A stretch of 64,000 nt of DNA from Promethearchaeota archaeon (GTDB lineage Archaea; Asgardarchaeota; Lokiarchaeia; Sigyniarchaeales; SOKP01). The position numbers were made by a program, and so were the translations under genes. The notes below the pieces were generated by a model that was given only the letters and a program-made list of their open reading frames with translations, did not search any database and was not told the origin of the DNA. The stretch is from contig JAEOSU010000037.1 of NCBI GenBank assembly GCA_016840165.1, positions 7,022 through 71,021 of the forward strand, read 5' to 3'. Shown here piece by piece: positions 57,222 through 64,000 of the stretch (position 1 is its first letter; every line of letters starts with the position of its first letter).

Positions 57222-58529
57222 ATGGCAAATAACTTCTTAACAGGTAGAGAATATTTACGAAGAAAAAAACTTCGAGAAAAAAAGAAGCTCATTTCAGTTG
57301 CTTTAGGTTTTCCTGATTTAATTTTTGCTGCTGGAGGTATACCTGTTTTTCCAATTAGATTAGAATCATTTACTGTTAACCGATATTTAACTGCCCTAAA
57401 TTCAGCGACAAGTGTTTTAGGATGGAGTTTAACCGCCAAATTTCTAGATTTTGCTCGACAATTTGATATATTAAAATTAGTGGATAAAATACTCGAGGAA
57501 GTAATTTCCTCAATCAATCAGAAATACAATCAAATGTACGACTTAGGGGTTCAAAATGGAGTTCCCTCTGATTTATGTTATGGAATCTATGCGCTTTATG
57601 GCATGCATAAGGAACGGAAGCAAATAGATGCCAATTTAAATTTTGCGATGAGGTGTGGAGAATGGAATAAAATCTCCGAATCGCTGAGATCGATTGTACC
57701 AAATCAAATTTGGGTAGATATACCTGCTTTAAATGCAGAAGATGAGAAAGAACGGTTATCGTTAATGGTGTCGAATGTCAATAAGGCTATTGATGAATTA
57801 GAATTGTTAACTGGGAACGTAATATCTGATAATAGCCTTAACAAGCAATTTCGGATAGGTAACCAGGTGAAACGTTTTTATAACACAATCTTATATGAAA
57901 TTAGTGCGTCAAATTTTTATCCATGTAATCCTGCAACTTTTGCAGAAATCCTAGCTCTATTAACAATAACCTTTCAAGATTATAATTCCAATGCTCAGCG
58001 GTTTTTAGAGAATATGAGCCATCTTGTAAAAGAGATGCGAGAACGTATAAAAAAAGGGATTGGAATGGATGTAACAAATATGCCAAAATTACTTTTCTCT
58101 CCAATGTATAGCGGTTGGGAACCAGAAATCCATGAAATTATCTATAAATTGGGGGGACGTGTATTATATGCCGATTGGGAGATCTTAGGCTTACTTGAAG
58201 AAATTCCTGTATCAAAAAATTCAGATCCTATAGAAAGTTATTCCCGATATTTATTAGATGCATCTACTAAAGGTATAGGATGCGATAACGAAAACTTAAC
58301 AAGTTCGTATCTCAAGGCTGCCAAAAACATGGAGGTTGATGGTCTTATTTTCAATCAGGTATATGGATGTCCTTCAATGTCAAACATATATGAGAATCTT
58401 AAGAGAAAAGTTGAATCTGAATTAAAATTGCCTTCAATAGTAATAAAGTTCAAAAAGATAGGAGAAAATATTGAAGAAATTGAAAATCGCTTGAAACCAT
58501 TTATGGAGGAACTTCGAAGTATCGATTAA
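57222..58529 (+). CDS. Orphan 2-hydroxyacyl-CoA dehydratase family subunit (paralog of 48315-49667). The conserved N-terminus extends upstream to 57174.
   Basis: 435 aa from the first ATG. High similarity to the 48315 gene along its length. The upstream in-frame TSIYADDVISFTSLLK aligns with MSLIADEIVRFSSVLK of the paralog. Confidence 0.65.
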   Translation: MANNFLTGREYLRRKKLREKKKLISVALGFPDLIFAAGGIPVFPIRLESFTVNRYLTALNSATSVLGWSLTAKFLDFARQFDILKLVDKILEEVISSINQKYNQMYDLGVQNGVPSDLCYGIYALYGMHKERKQIDANLNFAMRCGEWNKISESLRSIVPNQIWVDIPALNAEDEKERLSLMVSNVNKAIDELELLTGNVISDNSLNKQFRIGNQVKRFYNTILYEISASNFYPCNPATFAEILALLTITFQDYNSNAQRFLENMSHLVKEMRERIKKGIGMDVTNMPKLLFSPMYSGWEPEIHEIIYKLGGRVLYADWEILGLLEEIPVSKNSDPIESYSRYLLDASTKGIGCDNENLTSSYLKAAKNMEVDGLIFNQVYGCPSMSNIYENLKRKVESELKLPSIVIKFKKIGENIEEIENRLKPFMEELRSID

Positions 58530-58544
58530 TTTTTTTTGAAATAT

Positions 58545-59114
58545 CTACTTTTTAAATAAATCTGAAGGTTTCATGAGGTGAGGTTCATCCTCATCATCTT
58601 TCTTCTTTTTCTTTGGCACAAATCCGTATATTTCAGTTTCTTCGCCAGCTTTATTGGGATCAGGGGGCTTTAAATTCATTGCTGCTGTGATTTGTTCTGG
58701 CTGTTGTCCTACAGAGATTTTTTCAGGTATAACTGAGGCTTGAGATATGCCTCCAGTTCCGGTAGCTGCTTTAAGTACCTTTAATTCACTTAAAACCTTT
58801 TCCAAATTCATACTCTGCACACTTTTATTCATTGTATCCATTATCTCTTGAAGTGACTTTGAGGTCTCCCTTAATCCCTTAGGATTAATACCCGTTAATA
58901 ACGAATCTAAGTTGTTATTTATATTCTCATTTAGCTCTTTCAGTGATTCTAAAACAGTAGACCAATGTTTGTTCATTTGAGATTCAATAGCACTAATCAT
59001 CCGGATAGTTTCATTCATGAAATTCACATGAGCTTCGTAACGTTCTTCATCTTTTGCTCTTAAATCAGATATAAGCATAATTAGTTTTCTAAGGGCTTCC
59101 TTTTCTTCACTCAT
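58545..59114 (-). CDS. Hypothetical helical protein with disordered Lys/Asp-rich tail
   Basis: 189 aa. About 120 aa of helical region, then a Gly/Pro/Gln linker and KKKKKDDEDEP. Confidence 0.35.
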   Translation of the reverse strand: MSEEKEALRKLIMLISDLRAKDEERYEAHVNFMNETIRMISAIESQMNKHWSTVLESLKELNENINNNLDSLLTGINPKGLRETSKSLQEIMDTMNKSVQSMNLEKVLSELKVLKAATGTGGISQASVIPEKISVGQQPEQITAAMNLKPPDPNKAGEETEIYGFVPKKKKKDDEDEPHLMKPSDLFKK

Positions 59115-59298
59115 TTTTAATTTAATCCTTAGTTATTTCTTTATATTATTATGATTATTTACTAATTTATATATATTGATTTTAACTTTAGGATGAAATT
59201 AAGCTTTTTTATAGATAATAACAATTTCTTGGTTGGAGAGAATTTATTTTATAAAGAAGGACGGATATTAAATATTATTCAAGATGTGAAATGGTTTT

Positions 59299-60792
59299 AT
59301 GAAAATGAATTGTAATATTACAAATAACCATCCTCTTATTTTTGAAATTAATACTTTTCCATGGTTAAAGACTCTTTCAGATATATTCGGGCACCCTATT
59401 GATTTAAATAATATCCCCATCGAGTTAATTGACCAAGAATTAACAGTTTTTGATGCAATTTGGTGTATGGGTGTTTGGGAAAGAAGTCCAAAAGGAAGAA
59501 ATATCGCACAAAATCGTGAGGACTTACAAAAAGAATTTCAAAAGGCATTAAGATATTATAATACAGATGATGTAATCGGTTCTCCTTATTCTGTTTACTA
59601 TTATCATGTAGATGCTCAAATTGGAGGGACTGAAGGGTTAGAATCCTTCCGGAAAGACATAGCGGAAAGAGATATTTCGTTAATCTTAGATTATGTTCCT
59701 AATCATGTCGCAATAGACCATCTTTGGACATTAGAAAAGTCAAACGTGTTTGTGAAAGGTACAATCGAGGATCTTATGCAAAAACCCTATGAATATTTTT
59801 CTGTAGGTCAGGACGTATATGCCAATGGACGTGACCCTAACTTCCCTGCTTGGACAGATACAGTACAGATTAATGCATTCTCCCCAGAAGCTCGTGAGAA
59901 AGCAATATATACTCTATTAAATATTGCCAATCAGTGTGATGGAGTAAGATGTGATATGGCTATGCTTATGACGAATAAGGTATTCAAACAAACTTGGGGT
60001 GAGAAAGTTGGTGATGAACCAGAGACGGAATTTTGGGAAGACGTCATTCCAGCAATTAAAAAAAAGTTTCCAGATTTTAAGTTTATAGCTGAAGTGTACT
60101 GGAATATGGAATGGGAATTAATGCAACAAGGTTTTGATTACTGTTATGATAAAAGACTATATGAAAGATTAGCAAATGAGAAGGCTGAGAGAGTAGTAGA
60201 GCATCTTCAAGCAGATTGGGATTATCAAAAAAAACTGCTTCGTTTTATAGAAAATCATGATGAACCAAGAGCAGTTTCTGTATTTGGTGAAGAGGCATCA
60301 AAAGCTGCAGCTATAATAGCTTTGACGTTACCCGGGGCAAAATTAATTTATGAGGGGCAAATGCGAGGATATGAAATTAAATTGCCTGTTCAATTAGGAA
60401 GAAATCCAACTGAGGAAGATAACTTAGATATCATGGAATTCTATGAAAAATTGGTAAAAGCTGTACCAGGAAAGAGATATAGTGATGGTCAATGGTCATT
60501 ATGCGAATTGTTCTCAGTTGGTGGAGATGACCATTCTAATAAAAATATAGTGGCATTTCAATGGTGTAAAGAGAACGAGCGGAGAGTCATCGTAGTAAAT
60601 TATAGTTTGAGACCTTCTAAAGCAAATATTCAAATTCAAGGAATAGAATATGGGAATTCAAAATGGCAATTTACAGATCTATTATCAGAGAAGATATATT
60701 CTCATTTTGGCGAAAATCTCAACAAGAACGGTTTATATGTTGAATTAGATCCTTGGAAAGGCTATATCTTTGATATAAAGAAAATGTATTAA
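59299..60792 (+). CDS. GH13 (alpha-amylase family) catalytic-domain protein
   Basis: 497 aa. FDAIWCMGVWERS, ILDYVPNHVA, GVRCDMAMLM, FIAEVYW and FIENHDEPR. Confidence 0.8.
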   Translation: MKMNCNITNNHPLIFEINTFPWLKTLSDIFGHPIDLNNIPIELIDQELTVFDAIWCMGVWERSPKGRNIAQNREDLQKEFQKALRYYNTDDVIGSPYSVYYYHVDAQIGGTEGLESFRKDIAERDISLILDYVPNHVAIDHLWTLEKSNVFVKGTIEDLMQKPYEYFSVGQDVYANGRDPNFPAWTDTVQINAFSPEAREKAIYTLLNIANQCDGVRCDMAMLMTNKVFKQTWGEKVGDEPETEFWEDVIPAIKKKFPDFKFIAEVYWNMEWELMQQGFDYCYDKRLYERLANEKAERVVEHLQADWDYQKKLLRFIENHDEPRAVSVFGEEASKAAAIIALTLPGAKLIYEGQMRGYEIKLPVQLGRNPTEEDNLDIMEFYEKLVKAVPGKRYSDGQWSLCELFSVGGDDHSNKNIVAFQWCKENERRVIVVNYSLRPSKANIQIQGIEYGNSKWQFTDLLSEKIYSHFGENLNKNGLYVELDPWKGYIFDIKKMY

Positions 60793-60795
60793 GAC

Positions 60796-62652
60796 TTAAT
60801 GAACGGTAACTGTTTTGGCGAGATTGAGTGGTTGATCAGGGTCTAAATTATGTTTCAATGCGGCATAATATGAGAGCAGTTGTAGTGCGGGAATAAATGT
60901 AATTGGGCTTATTATATTATAATATTTATTAGCGGGTTGAGGAATTCTAATTGTTCTATCACTTAACTCAGTAATCACTTTATCTGAATCAACTACTACA
61001 GAAATGATGTTACCGCCTCTTGCCTTAAACTCCATAACATTTCCCACCAATCTCTGATAGGTTTCATCAGGAGGGGCAATAAAGATAATGGGGAATCCTT
61101 CTCGAACTAAAGATATGGGTCCATGTTTAGCATGGGCCGCAGAGTATCCTTCAATAAACCTACAAGCTACTTCTTTTAATTTAAGACCGCCTTCTTTAGC
61201 AGTAGCAATAGAAATACCTCGTGCAAGGTAAAAAAAATTTGAGCTTTTATCAAGGTTATTTACTATATCTTTAATGTTTGAAACATTATTTTTTAAATAA
61301 TTATCAATAATATCTGCTGTGGATTTTAAAGCATCATAATACTTGTCAATCTCTTGTTTAGTTATAACTTTCCTATACCTAGCAATTTCTAACGCAATTA
61401 AGGCAAGAGTGAGAACTTGAGTACAATATGTTTTAGTAGCTGCAACTCCTATTTCAGGACCTGCCTGTGTAATGATCGATTCATCTGAGTATCTTGTTAA
61501 TGAAGACCCAACTACATTTGTAATACACAATACTGTTATTTTTTTCTTTAATTTCTCTTTAGCCCATCTTATTGCCTCAATAAGATCAATAGTTTCTCCA
61601 GATTGAGAAACTGCAATAATAACAGAATCTTCTTGGAGCGCATCATCTAATTCTGTTTGGAATTCAGAACATTCAATTGCATGGATATATTTTCCTAAAA
61701 ATTTAGTTATTATATGTTTTCCTGCTAATGAAGCATAAAACGAGGTTCCAGCTGCGGTTATATAGATATTTTTTGCAGACCAAAGAATTTTTGCAAATGC
61801 CTGCAGATTAGTTCGTGGAATTTTCATAGTTCTTCTTAAAGCTACAGGTTCTTCGTAAATTTCTTTAAGCATAAAATGTTCATATCCTCCCTTCTCAGCA
61901 GCATCAATACTCCATTCGATGTTAATAATCTCTTTTTTTATGGGCATATCTGGATCTAAAACATTAAGAAAATTTACAGAACCTGCTTTTAAGATAGCCA
62001 TCTCATTATCTTCAAGAATATAACATTGTCGAGTGTAGGGAAGAAATGCGGGAATATCAGATGCACAATATGTAGTTTTACCTTTTTCAATCCCAATAAC
62101 TAAAGGTGATTCTTTTCTTACCGCAATAATAATATCAGGATAATCGGCATGACATATGACAACTCCGTATGCGCCAATACACTGATTGACTGCATTCACA
62201 ACTGCTTGTATCAAATCATCTCCTTTTTTCATATAGCTTTCAATTAGGTGGGGAATAATTTCAGTATCCGTATCCGATATAAATTTATGTCCTTCTCTTT
62301 CCAACATTTCTTTTAACTCTAAAAAGTTTTCCAAGATACCATTATGAATTACTGCGATTTTCTTACTACAGTCTAAATGAGGATGACTATTTACTTTAGT
62401 GGGTGGACCATGAGTAGCCCATCTTGTATGGGCTAATGCAAGCTTGGATTCAGAAGGAAATTCAGAAAGTTTAAGCCGTTCATTGATTTCATCAATTTTT
62501 CCCGCATCTTTTTTGATAAATAATTGTGAATCATGTAAGGCTACAATACCACATGAATCATATCCTCTATACTCTAAACGTTTAATTCCTTCAAGAGCAA
62601 ATTTTCCGATAGAGATATCTTGATTAGTAATAATTCCAAATATTCCACACAT
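60796..62652 (-). CDS. glmS: Glutamine--fructose-6-phosphate aminotransferase (isomerizing)
   Basis: 618 aa. N-terminal nucleophile MCGIFG, two SIS domains (SQSGET), and a C-terminal LAKTVTVH-type end. Confidence 0.95.
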   Translation of the reverse strand: MCGIFGIITNQDISIGKFALEGIKRLEYRGYDSCGIVALHDSQLFIKKDAGKIDEINERLKLSEFPSESKLALAHTRWATHGPPTKVNSHPHLDCSKKIAVIHNGILENFLELKEMLEREGHKFISDTDTEIIPHLIESYMKKGDDLIQAVVNAVNQCIGAYGVVICHADYPDIIIAVRKESPLVIGIEKGKTTYCASDIPAFLPYTRQCYILEDNEMAILKAGSVNFLNVLDPDMPIKKEIINIEWSIDAAEKGGYEHFMLKEIYEEPVALRRTMKIPRTNLQAFAKILWSAKNIYITAAGTSFYASLAGKHIITKFLGKYIHAIECSEFQTELDDALQEDSVIIAVSQSGETIDLIEAIRWAKEKLKKKITVLCITNVVGSSLTRYSDESIITQAGPEIGVAATKTYCTQVLTLALIALEIARYRKVITKQEIDKYYDALKSTADIIDNYLKNNVSNIKDIVNNLDKSSNFFYLARGISIATAKEGGLKLKEVACRFIEGYSAAHAKHGPISLVREGFPIIFIAPPDETYQRLVGNVMEFKARGGNIISVVVDSDKVITELSDRTIRIPQPANKYYNIISPITFIPALQLLSYYAALKHNLDPDQPLNLAKTVTVH

Positions 62653-62831
62653 TAGGATACATCTTGTTTCAAATAACTACAAAGAATCTTTTTTCTATCA
62701 ATTTTTAATAATGCGAATAACTTAAAAAATAATGGTACTTATTTGAAGATCATCTCAGATTTATTCTAAACTGAAATTTGAGATTCATTTCTTTCTAATA
62801 TTCACAAATTCTATTAAATTATCTAATAAAA

Positions 62832-63962
62832 TTGGAAAAGGCGATTGAATTGAAAAGTAATGAAGATTTTGAAGAGAAAAGTAATTTAGGGTTATTAACA
62901 GAGAAAGAAGTTTATGAAATCCCTTCAGCCTTACATAATGTATTAGATCAAAAAGATTTTCTAAGAGATATAGCAAAAAAACTTATAGAACAAAAGATCC
63001 ATCACTTATTTTTAATTGGTGCGGGAAGTTCCTATCATGCGGGATTCGCAATTTCTTATATGTTCAATAGAATAACTAAAATACCAACTTTTACGGAATT
63101 TTCGATGGAATTCCAGTATCTTATCCAACCAATTCTACAAAAAGACGATTGTGTCATTGGAATTTCTCAAAGCGGAGAGACTAAAGATACTATAGAATCA
63201 CTGAAACTAGCAAAAGAGAAGGGATGCATTACTATCGGAATAACAAATAATTCAAACTCGAATTTAGCTAAAGTTAGTGATTATACCTTGGAGTTGAAAT
63301 GTGGAAAGGAAAAATCGGTTTTAGCTACAAAAACATATCTTGCTGAATTAGCGGTGCTAGTTATATTATCCCTTGAGCTTGGAAGAGCAAATAAGGCAGT
63401 ATCCAATGAGGAATATAATAGAATATGGGTGGAATTAATTAGAATCCCAGATAAAATTCATTCAATTTTACCAAATTTGCATAAAAAAATTAAAGAAAGG
63501 TCTTCATTTTTTAAATCAACTAAATTTTGCTTCATCATAGGAAGTGGCCCTGATTATGCGACAGCAATGGAAGCAGCATTAAAATTAAAAGAGGGAGCAC
63601 GTATTTTTGGGCAAGCTTATTCTACGGCAGAGTTCCCTCATGGGCCTATAACACTTGCAGATGCTGACACATGCATATTAGCAATAATTCCCCATGAAGA
63701 GGACAAAAGAAAAAAGCATCTAATCAATTTATTAGATAGAATTAAAGAGAGGGGCGCAAAGATTTTAGCTATATATGAGTCAGAAGATCCAAAATCTTTC
63801 CCAGAGTCTTCTGATTATGTTATAGAAGTTCCTAATACCTATATTGATTTACAACCTCTAGTTATGATTATTGCAATACAGTTATTAACTATAGAAATCG
63901 CACGGATAAATGGTTTAAACCCTGACACACCAAAATTTTTAACAAAAGTTTCGAATCTTTAA
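62832..63962 (+). CDS. SIS-domain sugar-phosphate isomerase/deglycase (GlmS isomerase-domain-only paralog, AgaS/FrlB-like)
   Basis: 376 aa. GAGSSYHAG, SQSGETKDT and a second SIS half. No amidotransferase domain. Start is TTG at 62832 or TTG at 62850 (after AAGGCGAT). Confidence 0.75.
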   Translation: MEKAIELKSNEDFEEKSNLGLLTEKEVYEIPSALHNVLDQKDFLRDIAKKLIEQKIHHLFLIGAGSSYHAGFAISYMFNRITKIPTFTEFSMEFQYLIQPILQKDDCVIGISQSGETKDTIESLKLAKEKGCITIGITNNSNSNLAKVSDYTLELKCGKEKSVLATKTYLAELAVLVILSLELGRANKAVSNEEYNRIWVELIRIPDKIHSILPNLHKKIKERSSFFKSTKFCFIIGSGPDYATAMEAALKLKEGARIFGQAYSTAEFPHGPITLADADTCILAIIPHEEDKRKKHLINLLDRIKERGAKILAIYESEDPKSFPESSDYVIEVPNTYIDLQPLVMIIAIQLLTIEIARINGLNPDTPKFLTKVSNL

Positions 63963-64000
63963 GACTATAGAATTAAAATTTATTAAGAATGAATTAAATT

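Noticed and set aside
1-64000. Search for tRNA, rRNA, SRP/RNase P RNA, C/D-box sRNAs, CRISPR arrays and IS elements
   Set aside because: By eye I found no GC-rich 70-90-nt islands outside coding regions, which is how structured RNAs would stand out in this AT-rich background. I also found no RUGAUGA...CUGA box pairs in intergenic spacers, no regularly spaced direct repeats and no transposase or integrase ORFs. A covariance-model scan (tRNAscan-SE or Infernal) would be needed to exclude them formally.

Overview
This is a visibly AT-rich, densely coding archaeal chromosomal segment with about 60 genes. I recognised no rRNA, tRNA, CRISPR array, transposase or integrase.

Core archaeal markers:
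- RadA recombinase
- tRNA-splicing endonuclease EndA
- a nine-gene A1AO (A/V-type) ATP synthase operon
- the CODH/ACS alpha subunit CdhA
- an MtrH-like methyltransferase
- GlmS

Several eukaryote-signature-like proteins are interspersed:
- an Arf-like GTPase fused to a C-terminal roadblock/LC7-like domain (Rag-like architecture)
- a second small GTPase next to a V4R (TRAPP/Bet3-related) protein and a zinc-ribbon protein with tandem Trp-acidic repeats
- a vWA protein with two C4HC3 (PHD/RING-variant-type) zinc fingers

Together with the AT-richness, these suggest an Asgard (Loki-type) archaeon. That placement is inference only.

Metabolic content:
- an alpha-glucan/sugar-nucleotide cluster: a GalT-like protein, an NDP-sugar pyrophosphorylase, a 1135-aa GH13 enzyme and a degenerate PGM-like protein
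- a 2-hydroxyacyl-CoA dehydratase set (activator plus two subunits), with an orphan paralog 8 kb away
- a flavodiiron protein
- tandem VIT1/CCC1-like transporters
- an encapsulated-ferritin-like protein with no shell gene nearby
- a B12-domain/TIM-barrel fusion translationally coupled to an opine-dehydrogenase-like gene

The most notable sequence-level observation concerns start codons. At three genes (atpC, the orphan dehydratase paralog, and a small zinc-ribbon protein) the conserved N-terminus extends upstream of the first ATG. In each case it reaches an in-frame ACG with a Shine-Dalgarno-like GGTG/GGAG motif 6-11 nt upstream. For the dehydratase paralog, this ACG aligns codon-for-codon with the ATG of its sister gene. 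TTG and GTG starts are also frequent in the window.
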